DNA of 64,000 nt, from assembly GCA_030603365.1 (NCBI GenBank), contig JAUVXV010000001.1, positions 160,001 through 224,000 of the forward strand, read 5' to 3'. The position numbers were made by a program, and so were the translations under genes. Origin of the DNA: Candidatus Heimdallarchaeota archaeon. GTDB lineage: Archaea > Asgardarchaeota > Heimdallarchaeia > Heimdallarchaeales > Heimdallarchaeaceae. Of the stretch, positions 8,871 to 17,387 are shown in pieces. How positions within the stretch are numbered: the first letter of the stretch is position 1; every line of letters begins with the position of its first letter. The notes under the pieces were generated by a model that saw only the letters and a program-made list of their open reading frames with translations, searched no databases and had not been told where the DNA came from.

Positions 8871-10142
8871 TTATTCTTTAATAGTACCAACACCAATCAA
8901 ACGAAATCGTCCTGATACTCTTCTTGAGATAGCCACTTTACTACTTGTGCTTGTTGCTACATCTCTACTAAGCTTAATTTTCACATCTTCTCCTTTGATC
9001 TCTATAATTGTTCCAGCTGTTTTAGCGGTTCCAACATTTAACATCAAGGTTTCTCCTTGAGCCAGAGGTTGTACTTTTGTTATTTCTTCAGAACCTACTA
9101 CAAATTCCATGAGATGAACAATAAGTGACAACTCTGCACGAACTGGTGGCGCATTATCAGGTGATGTGACAATATTACCCGCCATTTTATCTGCTTTAAC
9201 AAAAGCGGGGTCTAACTCTGTTCCTAAGGCAACTAATCCTCCAGAATGAGCTTTATCCACGAGACCTTGTTCCCCAATAGAAATACTCACTACTTTTGTT
9301 TTAATTGGGGTATAAACAGTTTTATTTCCCTTTTTGATTGCAATGCCTGGTACAATCTCTATTTCTTCTCCCTTAGTGATTTGTCCTTTAATTATCGTTC
9401 CCCCCAGTGTTCCTCCTTTGAGTTTTTCAGGAACAGTTCCTGGTCGATTAATATCAAATGAACGAGCTACATGCATCTCTAAAGGACTTTCTACATCTAA
9501 ATCAGGAGTTGGAATGTTTTTTTCAATTTCACAAATTAAAATGTCTAGATTTGCTTTATGCATAGCACTAATTGGAATAATAGGTGCATTTTCTGCTATT
9601 GTTCCTTTAACAAAATCCTGTATCTCTTTGTAGTTTCTCTTAGCCTCTTCCTCAGAAACTAATTCAATCTTATTTTGGGCAATAACAATGTTTGGAATTT
9701 GAAGAATTTCCATTGCTGCAAGATGTTCTCGAGTTTGTGGTTGAGGGCACTTAGAATTTGCTGCAACCAATAATATTGCACCATTCATAAGTGTAGCACC
9801 AGAGAGTAATGTTGCCATAAGTACTTCATGCCCTGGACAGTCTACAAAAGAAACTCTTCGAAGTAATTCAGAAGGTGATCCACATTTTGGACATGTTTTT
9901 TCTATAGTATACGCCTCAGGTTCTGGACATTTTGGACATTTGCGGAACTCTGTGTCTGCATAACCCAATCTTATAGAAATCCCTCTTTTTAATTCCTCAG
10001 AATGATCATCTGGGAATTTACCAGTAAGAGCTTGCACAAGTGTAGATTTACCATTATCTACATGACCTATTGTACCTATATTGACAACTGGTTGTATGAT
10101 TTCTTTTTTTTCCTTTTTTTCGGGAGAATCTGTTTGACTCAT
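8871..10142 (-). CDS. eif2g: Translation initiation factor 2 subunit gamma
   Basis: VNIGTIGHVDNGKST, EELKRGISIRLGYA, zinc knuckle, DCPGHE, QTREH, QNKIE. Confidence 0.97.
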   Translation of the reverse strand: MSQTDSPEKKEKKEIIQPVVNIGTIGHVDNGKSTLVQALTGKFPDDHSEELKRGISIRLGYADTEFRKCPKCPEPEAYTIEKTCPKCGSPSELLRRVSFVDCPGHEVLMATLLSGATLMNGAILLVAANSKCPQPQTREHLAAMEILQIPNIVIAQNKIELVSEEEAKRNYKEIQDFVKGTIAENAPIIPISAMHKANLDILICEIEKNIPTPDLDVESPLEMHVARSFDINRPGTVPEKLKGGTLGGTIIKGQITKGEEIEIVPGIAIKKGNKTVYTPIKTKVVSISIGEQGLVDKAHSGGLVALGTELDPAFVKADKMAGNIVTSPDNAPPVRAELSLIVHLMEFVVGSEEITKVQPLAQGETLMLNVGTAKTAGTIIEIKGEDVKIKLSRDVATSTSSKVAISRRVSGRFRLIGVGTIKE

Positions 10143-10414
10143 TAATTTTTCCTCTATAATGATACTTTCGTTTTATAGTCTACTTTTTAGGAGGTATTAA
10201 TGATTATTCATTAAATACTGTTTTTGTGCTATATACATACATCAAAAACTTTACGTTTAGTTGATTTTGGTTTAAATCAAATGATGTTTTTTATTCGAAT
10301 TATATTGAAAGGGTTTTGGGAGAAGAAATTAGAGGAAAAAAATATTTGATATAAGTATCTTTAAAAATAATGGGAAAGAACCAGCAATGAAGAAGAAAGA
10401 GAGATGACATTATC

Positions 10415-10990
10415 GTGTATTATGGTGTTAATGTAAAAGATACACTGCGTGTTCCTCCAAATAGGTTCGATGAAGATCTTACCCAAGTTCTAGCAGAGAT
10501 TGCTAGAGAAAGCTTTGAGGGTAAAATTGATCCAGATTTGGGTTTCATAGTTGCTGTAACTGATATTGCAAAAATATATCAAGGAAAACTAATCTCAGGT
10601 GATGGAGGGGCATATTATGAAACAGATTTCGGGCTACTGTGCTATCTACCGGAAATTGATGAGATAGTATCTGGGGAAGTTGTTGAATGTGTTGATTTTG
10701 GAGCTTTTATTAGAATCGGCACAATAGATGCACTTTGTCATGTTTCTCAAATCGCTGATGATTACTTTCGATACATACCTAAAAATGCTCTTCTAAGAGG
10801 GGATAAGTCTAAACTAGATTTATTAATTAATACTAAGGTTCGAGCCAGAGTAATCGCAGTAAGTATTGGTAAAACTGCAATTCGTGTTGGTTTAACCATG
10901 AGACAAGATGCGCTTGGTTCGCTTGATTGGGTGGAAGAGTGGAAGAAGGGATTAAAAACCCCAGCTAAAGCAACAGAGGAGGCTTCATAA
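10415..10990 (+). CDS. rpoE1: RNA polymerase subunit E' (Rpo7)
   Basis: RVPPNRF, GDGGAYY, S1 domain GEVVECVDFGAF..CHVSQI, GLTMRQ. Confidence 0.95.
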   Translation: MYYGVNVKDTLRVPPNRFDEDLTQVLAEIARESFEGKIDPDLGFIVAVTDIAKIYQGKLISGDGGAYYETDFGLLCYLPEIDEIVSGEVVECVDFGAFIRIGTIDALCHVSQIADDYFRYIPKNALLRGDKSKLDLLINTKVRARVIAVSIGKTAIRVGLTMRQDALGSLDWVEEWKKGLKTPAKATEEAS

Positions 10991-10991
10991 G

Positions 10992-11180
10992 ATGTCCAAA
11001 GCGTGTAGAGTGTGCCATATGATTCATGAAAAAACAGCAAATATGTGTACAAACTGTAAAACACAAGACCTTTCTTCAGAGTATACTGGTGAGATATTTA
11101 TAATTAACCCAGAAGATAGTGAAGTAGCAAAAAGAATGAAAATAAACAAGCAAGGACATTATGCATTAAGAGTCCGGTGA
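10992..11180 (+). CDS. spt4: Transcription elongation factor Spt4 (RpoE'')
   Basis: KACRVC..CTNC zinc finger, NPEDSEVAK, GHYALRVR; follows rpoE1. Confidence 0.95.
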   Translation: MSKACRVCHMIHEKTANMCTNCKTQDLSSEYTGEIFIINPEDSEVAKRMKINKQGHYALRVR

Positions 11181-11737
11181 AACTTGTGGATTCTTCTAAA
11201 ATCGGTTATTTTTTCCTTCCAGAAGAAGAAAGAAAACATTTCAAACAACCTTTAGATGTTTTATACAAATCTGAATCTGAAATTCTAGCTCTAATATCTC
11301 ATTTAAAAGAAGATAAATCTATTCCAAAGATTATTACAGTGGGGGATGTATGTACTCAAACCCTAATTGATCATTCTATTGTTCCTGATTTGGCAATAAT
11401 TGATAACTATGTTCAAAGAAAAAAATCCTCTTTGGTAGACCTATCACATTTTACAGTTTTACAAGCCTCAAATCCAGCCGGCACAATTACTCTTGAAGCT
11501 TGGGAAACGATTCGTCAAGCTGTGAAAATAGATGATAACAAAATAATTATAAAAATAACTGGGGAAGAGGACTTACTGGTGCTCCCAGTAATAAGTGAAA
11601 CACCTTACAATTCAAAAGTCTTATATGGACAACCAAATGAAGGATTAGTAAGCGTCACGGTTACACACAAAATAAAAACAAAAATCCAAAGTTTAATTCA
11701 AAAAATGGTGAAGATTAATGAAAATTACAATCGCTAA
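11177..11737 (+). CDS. GTP-dependent dephospho-CoA kinase (DUF359 family)
   Basis: ITVGDV, PDLAIID, NPAGTI, GEEDLL, YGQPNEG; conserved position between spt4 and rps24e. Confidence 0.9.
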   Translation: MKLVDSSKIGYFFLPEEERKHFKQPLDVLYKSESEILALISHLKEDKSIPKIITVGDVCTQTLIDHSIVPDLAIIDNYVQRKKSSLVDLSHFTVLQASNPAGTITLEAWETIRQAVKIDDNKIIIKITGEEDLLVLPVISETPYNSKVLYGQPNEGLVSVTVTHKIKTKIQSLIQKMVKINENYNR

Positions 11738-12014
11738 CAAAACTGAAAACAAACTTCTTGAAAGGATAGAAATCGAAGTAGAGATTGATCACCAAGGTGA
11801 GGCTGTTCCTACAAGAGATTCAGTTTTATCTAAAGTTGCTGCTCAGGTTAATAGAGATAGGAATCAAGTAGTATTAATTAAAATGGAAGCTAAATTTGGA
11901 ATAGGTATAAGTAATGCACTCATCCATGCTTATGAATCTCATGAAAGAGCTATACTAGTTGAAAAAGAACATCTTTTGAAAAGATCAGGACTTATTGAAG
12001 AGAAGAAGGAATAA
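11718..12014 (+). CDS. rps24e: 30S ribosomal protein S24e
   Basis: ENKLLERIE, PTRDSV, FGIG, E+HLLKR. Confidence 0.92.
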   Translation: MKITIANKTENKLLERIEIEVEIDHQGEAVPTRDSVLSKVAAQVNRDRNQVVLIKMEAKFGIGISNALIHAYESHERAILVEKEHLLKRSGLIEEKKE

Positions 12015-12027
12015 TAACGGTGAAAAA

Positions 12028-12198
12028 ATGAGCGAAACACACAAAAAATACAAGATTGAAGGTAACAAAGTTACTCGTGTAAAGAAAGTTTGTGAGAGAT
12101 GTGGGGATGCAGTTTATATGGCAGAGCATCCTGACCGACAAACTTGTGGAAAATGTGGATTTACTATTTATAAAAGAGGACGTAAAGCTTCTGTTTAA
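12028..12198 (+). CDS. rps27ae: 30S ribosomal protein S27ae
   Basis: YKIEG..CERCG..YMAEH.DR.TCGKCG; ATG 12028 is preceded by GGTGA. Confidence 0.95.
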   Translation: MSETHKKYKIEGNKVTRVKKVCERCGDAVYMAEHPDRQTCGKCGFTIYKRGRKASV

Positions 12199-12250
12199 CA
12201 TTCTTTTCTTATAGAAAAATTTAAACCGTAGTATTTTCTAGTTACTATTA

Positions 12251-12318
12251 GGCGAATGACTGATTGAGACGGCTTAGATGTGCCTTCACACACATGATAT
12301 AAAAACTCAAAGGACGCC
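12251..12318 (+). ncRNA. Box C/D-type small RNA with two K-turns
   Basis: GGCG/CGCC terminal stem; C-like ATGACTG (12256-62) with D-like AGGA (12311-14); D' TAGA (12275-78) with C' ATGATAT (12294-300) closed by a TGTG/CACA stem; 12- and 10-nt spacers; TTTAAA about 26 nt upstream. Confidence 0.65.
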
Positions 12319-12421
12319 CTATTACATCTCCTTCTCAGATTTAATGTGTTCTCTAACCTAATAACAAAGATTTAAATCATAGTTGAAGAATTGACTCACG
12401 TAAATATTCGCTAAAGGTGTT

Positions 12422-12907
12422 ATGCAAATGAAATCTCTTGAAATGGAAATCTCAGAAAAACTATCTGAGTATATACAGAAGTTTGTAGATGAAGGGATTT
12501 TTGAATCAGTTGAAGCTTTTGCTAAACATTCTATTTATTGGTTAGCAGAACTTTATGGTTTTGGAGAACAATATGAAGGAAAAAGCCTGAGTTCATTAAT
12601 TGCAGAAATTATTGGTTCAAAAGTTAAAGTGCCTGCTAGCCAGGTTCAAGAAGTTAAAACAGAAGTAAAAACGGTCGTTAAAGACTTCAAAATACCAAAT
12701 AAAGACCTTATTCTTGAATCCTATAGTTCATCCAAGTTTATGTTTGAAGACGCGATTTTTGCTGCATGTCAATTTGCAGCTTTAAAACAAGGAAATCCTC
12801 CAATATCAAAAGAAGAATTCGCTAAATCATTGGATCAGATGGCAGAAGCTGGAATTCTTACCAGAATTCAGAAAGGCGAAAAGATAATGTGGAAAAGAAA
12901 TGAGTAA
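12422..12907 (+). CDS. Hypothetical protein: ribbon-helix-helix-like N-terminus plus winged-helix-like C-terminus
   Basis: LEMEISEKLSEYIQKFVDEGIFESVEAF (RHH pattern); SKEEFAKSLDQMAEAGILTRIQKGEKIMW (wH pattern). Confidence 0.55.
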   Translation: MQMKSLEMEISEKLSEYIQKFVDEGIFESVEAFAKHSIYWLAELYGFGEQYEGKSLSSLIAEIIGSKVKVPASQVQEVKTEVKTVVKDFKIPNKDLILESYSSSKFMFEDAIFAACQFAALKQGNPPISKEEFAKSLDQMAEAGILTRIQKGEKIMWKRNE

Positions 12908-12925
12908 ATTTTTTTTCTCTTCCTT

Positions 12926-13606
12926 TTATTTCTTTAAAGCATATGCCATCTGTTGAAGTACTTCTTTTGGATCTTTTGCTTTAACAAATCCTGAAGCAAG
13001 AAGAACTCCTTGGGCACCCATTTGAACAGCTTCAGCAACATCATTGGATGTTGTGACACCAGCTCCAACCAAAGGTTGAACAGCACTACTTATTTCTTTT
13101 ATTGCGGATAATGTTTGTATTACTAATTCTGGCTTTGTTGTTACAGAAACACCACTTCCAATTAACTCAGGTGGCTCCATAGCACATGCTGCAGGTTCTA
13201 AGGAAGCAATAGCTTTACTAGTTTGGATATTATTTGAACAAACACATGTATAGAAATCTAATTTTTTAGATTTTTGAATTACACTTTCAATATCTGCAAG
13301 TTTTAATCTGTGTTCTGAATGGTTTACTAAAGAGCCTATTGCCCCGGCTTCTTTTAATGTCTCTATAAGATTGTTCCCGGTATAACTACCTGTATTATTG
13401 GCATCAACATGTTGAGCTAAAACAGGTATGTCTACTTCTTGAGCAATTAAATAAATATCAGCAGTTTGTGGACAAACAGCTATTGAAATTCCAGATTCAA
13501 TAGCTACCTCTTCTGCAATCTTAGATAATGCTAATCCCCTTCTGCCTATGGTCTGCTCATAATTTTTGTAGTTTAAGATTATGACTGGATAACTGATTTT
13601 TGACAT
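12926..13606 (-). CDS. tpiA: Triosephosphate isomerase (archaeal type)
   Basis: NYKNY, AQHVD, NHSEHR, EPPELIG, GAGV, GVLLASG. Confidence 0.96.
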   Translation of the reverse strand: MSKISYPVIILNYKNYEQTIGRRGLALSKIAEEVAIESGISIAVCPQTADIYLIAQEVDIPVLAQHVDANNTGSYTGNNLIETLKEAGAIGSLVNHSEHRLKLADIESVIQKSKKLDFYTCVCSNNIQTSKAIASLEPAACAMEPPELIGSGVSVTTKPELVIQTLSAIKEISSAVQPLVGAGVTTSNDVAEAVQMGAQGVLLASGFVKAKDPKEVLQQMAYALKK

Positions 13607-13726
13607 AAAGAAGAATTTTCACGACCTGTTTAAAAACGTTGCTCAATAATAACTAGTACGACTACAGCTGTTGAAATCTTTAAATACATTAAACAATAAA
13701 TAATCAATAAGAGATGTCTAAAACAC

Positions 13727-14248
13727 TTGGTGATTTGCTTGTATGGTGCTGATCAAATAAATACAATTCTTCATGAGATTATAACAAGTGATGCTAATAT
13801 TAATCATGTAATATTAGCTGATAAAACAGGTTTAACACTAGCTTATTCCTCACGATTTGCCTTTGATGAGTTTGAAACAGAGGCGTTAGGTGCTATTGCT
13901 AGTGCAGTCTATTTAGCTAGTGAACAACAAGGAACAAATGTAGGTCTAGCGGAACTAGACATTATCATATCAGAATTTTCTGATGGTCTAATTTTAGTAG
14001 CGAGTTGTGGAAGTACTGTTTTGTGTCTGATTACAGACACTGGAGTAGCTTTAGGTATGGTTAGAAGAACCATGAAAATAGCAGCCGAGAAAATTAGAAA
14101 TATATTGGATGTTGAAGCTAAGCCAGTTACTACACCTGAAGCTCAACCTGTTGTAACACCGCAACCAGTTGTTGCAGAGGAAAAGAAAGTTCAAGATGAG
14201 TTCATCTCCGATTTAGAATTAGCTTTAAGGGAATTAGAACAATTTTAA
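13727..14248 (+). CDS. Roadblock/LC7 (MglB-like) protein with a Pro/Val/Thr linker and C-terminal amphipathic helix
   Basis: VILADKTGLTLA, ALGAIASAVY, IISEFSDGLILV, VALGMVR; alternative TTG start at 13739 after GGTGA. Confidence 0.85.
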   Translation: MVICLYGADQINTILHEIITSDANINHVILADKTGLTLAYSSRFAFDEFETEALGAIASAVYLASEQQGTNVGLAELDIIISEFSDGLILVASCGSTVLCLITDTGVALGMVRRTMKIAAEKIRNILDVEAKPVTTPEAQPVVTPQPVVAEEKKVQDEFISDLELALRELEQF

Positions 14249-14271
14249 ACACACTAAAAGTGTAAGGATGT

Positions 14272-15108
14272 TTGATGAATATGGCTGCTCCTACTGGAGG
14301 AATAGAGAAAATAGGAAAGAAAGACGAATCCAAAGATTCAAGGGGTGAATTGATTTTAACAGGAATTCGCTCTTTAGATCAGAAACTTGGTATGGAAATG
14401 GCAAAAAGAAGAGGTATACCTCAAGGATCTTTTATTCTTGTTAGTTACCCTTCTGATACAGTTATTCCCACTTTGTTCATCCAGAGAATTCTTCTAAACT
14501 GGGCTAAAAAATCTAGTGATAATGTGATTTTCTATGTTCATAGTGGTCGTCCCTATGATCATGTTCAAAGCTCATTTAAAGCATATAATTGGGATGTAAA
14601 ACCCTTTGAAGGAAAAAACTGGTACTTTGAAAATATGTTTGATTTATCTAGTACATCAATGACTTCTGCTTTAAAACTAGGAAGGATTGAAGTTAAGAGA
14701 AAGACCTATGTAAATAGAATTATTGACCGCATGTATCACGTAAAAGAATCTCAAAATAAACAGTGTTTCAGTGTTTTTGATGATTTACTCTGGATGAAAG
14801 AAGATCAATTGGATGAAGATTCGAATGCATTAATAACTTTCCTTAAAAGTACTTTAATGAGTCTTACTAAAATAGGTGGAGTACATTTCTTTTTACTTCC
14901 TCAGGGTGTTTTAGACCCAGTAGCTGAAAGAATAATCATGAATGCTGCTCAAGGAATATTCCACTTTACGAGAAATTCTGTGGGTAGTAGAATTAAAGAT
15001 ACTTTTGCGATAACTAAACTCATGGGAGTAGCTTTTGTTAGTGAAACCTTGGATATCACTCCATCAGAATCAGAAGGTTTCAAAATAGAATCAACAGCTA
15101 AAATATAG
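14272..15108 (+). CDS. KaiC/RAD55-like RecA-fold protein with degenerate Walker A
   Basis: TGIRSLDQKLG..GIPQGSFILV start, Walker-B-like VFDDL, AQGIFHF, ITKLMG, C-terminal GFKIE; no GxxGxGKT. Confidence 0.72.
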   Translation: MMNMAAPTGGIEKIGKKDESKDSRGELILTGIRSLDQKLGMEMAKRRGIPQGSFILVSYPSDTVIPTLFIQRILLNWAKKSSDNVIFYVHSGRPYDHVQSSFKAYNWDVKPFEGKNWYFENMFDLSSTSMTSALKLGRIEVKRKTYVNRIIDRMYHVKESQNKQCFSVFDDLLWMKEDQLDEDSNALITFLKSTLMSLTKIGGVHFFLLPQGVLDPVAERIIMNAAQGIFHFTRNSVGSRIKDTFAITKLMGVAFVSETLDITPSESEGFKIESTAKI

Positions 15109-15903
15109 ATGATATTAATGGAAGGTTATGAGAAAAAAACAACTGAAGAAGAACCTGAACTTATAGATATAGCATCTGAAATTTCAAAGCTTTCTGATGA
15201 AGTCAATGAGTTAAAAGATAATATGAAATCTCCAAAAAGGAGGGGAAAAAGCGAAAAATCCTCTAGATTCAATGACACTTCCAAAATTGAACTATCTCCA
15301 GCAATTGAATATGTAAACGAGTTATTAGAAAATTCTTCAGAAGCCATTATTTCTGAAATGAAATCAGAATTTTTCAGATTATTTAATTTTATCTCAAGTA
15401 TGTTCTCTGTAACACCATATCAATCAATAAACAGAACTATTCAAAAAGAAGAAGATTCTGATGATGAATTAACAGCTGATGATGTCATATTAGTATCAGA
15501 ATTTCGAAAGGAAAAAGAGATGTTACAACTTCTTCTTGATGAACGTGAATCATTAATTTACGAACTATCAGATCAAATTGTTGCTATTGAAGCTGAAAAG
15601 AAAGTGTTAGAAGATAAAATAGAAGAGATTGACACAGATAAAACAAAATGGTTAAAACAAAAGAATGTCCTCGAAAGAATTGTAACTTCAGATCCAAGGT
15701 TTAATATTATAACACTTCTAAGAAGAATGGGTGTAATAGCGCCTATACAACTATCTTTCGTTCTTGGAGTTTCTCTCTCACAAACCAGACGTTATATCTC
15801 TGAATTGGAACAACTGAAAATCCTTCAAGTAAAAGAAGATGGAACAGTTTCTCTACATACTGATTTTGACGAAGATACTATGAATATTAAAATTCAAGAG
15901 TGA
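15109..15903 (+). CDS. Coiled-coil protein with C-terminal winged helix
   Basis: Heptad-rich acidic central region; DPRFNIITLLRRMG..QLSFVLGVSLSQTRRYISELEQLKIL HTH. Confidence 0.65.
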   Translation: MILMEGYEKKTTEEEPELIDIASEISKLSDEVNELKDNMKSPKRRGKSEKSSRFNDTSKIELSPAIEYVNELLENSSEAIISEMKSEFFRLFNFISSMFSVTPYQSINRTIQKEEDSDDELTADDVILVSEFRKEKEMLQLLLDERESLIYELSDQIVAIEAEKKVLEDKIEEIDTDKTKWLKQKNVLERIVTSDPRFNIITLLRRMGVIAPIQLSFVLGVSLSQTRRYISELEQLKILQVKEDGTVSLHTDFDEDTMNIKIQE

Positions 15904-15939
15904 TAAAATAATAATAAAATAAAAAAAAGGATTTTGGGT

Positions 15940-16509
15940 TTATTGTTGAGCATAGAGTTTCTCATAGAAGAGAACGATATTTTTCAGTAAGGTTTTGAAA
16001 GCTTCATCAACATTCTCACCAGTCTTAGCAGAAGTTTCTATGTAAGGTACAGTAAATCCTGACCAGGCAGAAAGAGATCTAGCATATTCTTCTGATTGTT
16101 CTCTCATGATTGGATCTTTCGCAGTTGCTCGCAAATCAGATTTATTTCCAATCAAAACAATTGGAACAACTCTGTTACTATTATTTTTAAGAAGTTCAGC
16201 TATCCACGAAGGAATATTCTCAAAACTTGATCTTCTGGATATGTCAAAAACCAATAAACATCCAGAAGTACCGCGGTAATAAACTTCTCGAACAGCTGAA
16301 AATCTTTGCTGTCCTGCAAGATCCCAGATCTGTGCAACAAAATCTTGATCGTCTATACGTAATCGTTTAACAGCAAAATCTGCCCCTATAGTCATAGAGT
16401 ATCCGTCTTTAAAGCCCTCACCTAAATAGGTTTTACGAAGGCTTGTCTTACCTACGGCACCATCGCCTAGTAGGGTGATTTTGAAGATTTTCCGTTGTCC
16501 GGCGCCCAT
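15940..16509 (-). CDS. Rab-like small GTPase
   Basis: GDGAVGKT, TIGADF, WDLAGQQRF, YYRGT, LVFDIS, GNKSD, ETSAK; ATG 16509 preferred over TTG 16530. Confidence 0.93.
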   Translation of the reverse strand: MGAGQRKIFKITLLGDGAVGKTSLRKTYLGEGFKDGYSMTIGADFAVKRLRIDDQDFVAQIWDLAGQQRFSAVREVYYRGTSGCLLVFDISRRSSFENIPSWIAELLKNNSNRVVPIVLIGNKSDLRATAKDPIMREQSEEYARSLSAWSGFTVPYIETSAKTGENVDEAFKTLLKNIVLFYEKLYAQQ

Positions 16510-16700
16510 TTTATGTTCCCCTTTATACAATTTATTTATTCTCTCGGATACTATTTAAATTATTTGTTATTTCTCGTTTAGCAATGTTTACCCTTTTTTG
16601 GATAATAGAATCCTTACTTTGGTTTTTTGTCATATAATTTAATTGCTTCTTTTATCATCGGAAATATAAATTAAAAAATGGAAAAGAAGGTTTACTCTAC

Positions 16701-17261
16701 TTAGTGCTCGTGTAGATTAAAAACATCGATCCAAGGATCTACAAATGAGAACAATATAAATATGAAGATAGATATGATAATTATTCCAATTATAATGATT
16801 TTTACAGATAGATTGAATTCCAATTTTTCTGTATTCTTATCAACTATTGACACAACAACACCTGTGATTAATACAACTAGTAAAACCCATGTTAATTCCC
16901 ATCCAAAGGATAAAGGTAATCCAATAATAGCTGGAGCTAAGTACCAAACTAGGAATATAATCCATGGTACCAATAAACTTGATAGTAATCTAGAAAAAAC
17001 AAATGAGTTTTTGTTTTCTATCTTCTTTCTAACCACTAAATAATCAATTCCAATTAAAAACAGGTAACCGAAAAATCCCATTTTCAAGTGTTGGAAGACT
17101 GATTCATCTTTCCCAGAAATTGCTTGAAAGAACGGATTATTATTCCAATAATAAAGATAATGGAGAATCGCAAAGAGAGCAACGAAAATTAAGCTTTTTA
17201 AGGCTATATACCCTATTTCTTTCCATTGATCTTTAGTTAATGTTTCAGTGATTTTTTTCAT
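16701..17261 (-). CDS. Integral membrane protein (DUF6512-like)
   Basis: About five hydrophobic helices; LHYLY and DESVFQHLKM motifs. Confidence 0.55.
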   Translation of the reverse strand: MKKITETLTKDQWKEIGYIALKSLIFVALFAILHYLYYWNNNPFFQAISGKDESVFQHLKMGFFGYLFLIGIDYLVVRKKIENKNSFVFSRLLSSLLVPWIIFLVWYLAPAIIGLPLSFGWELTWVLLVVLITGVVVSIVDKNTEKLEFNLSVKIIIIGIIIISIFIFILFSFVDPWIDVFNLHEH

Positions 17262-17387
17262 TTAATCATCTCAGAATTTTCATCCTAACTTACAACTTTG
17301 GATACTTAAAATTTCTCAAATTGCACAAAATATTTTCTTTCTTTACAGTTCAAAAAATATAAAATAGAGATATTATTCTTTTTCATA

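Noticed and set aside
11995-12027. N-terminal extension or ubiquitin fusion on S27ae
   Set aside because: The extension is only 11 codons overlapping rps24e; ATG 12028 has a GGTGA SD; no ubiquitin fold.
12303-12314. AAACTCAAAGGA identity to a conserved 16S rRNA segment
   Set aside because: Only 12 nt and in the same sense as rRNA on the K-turn strand, so it cannot guide that site; likely coincidence.
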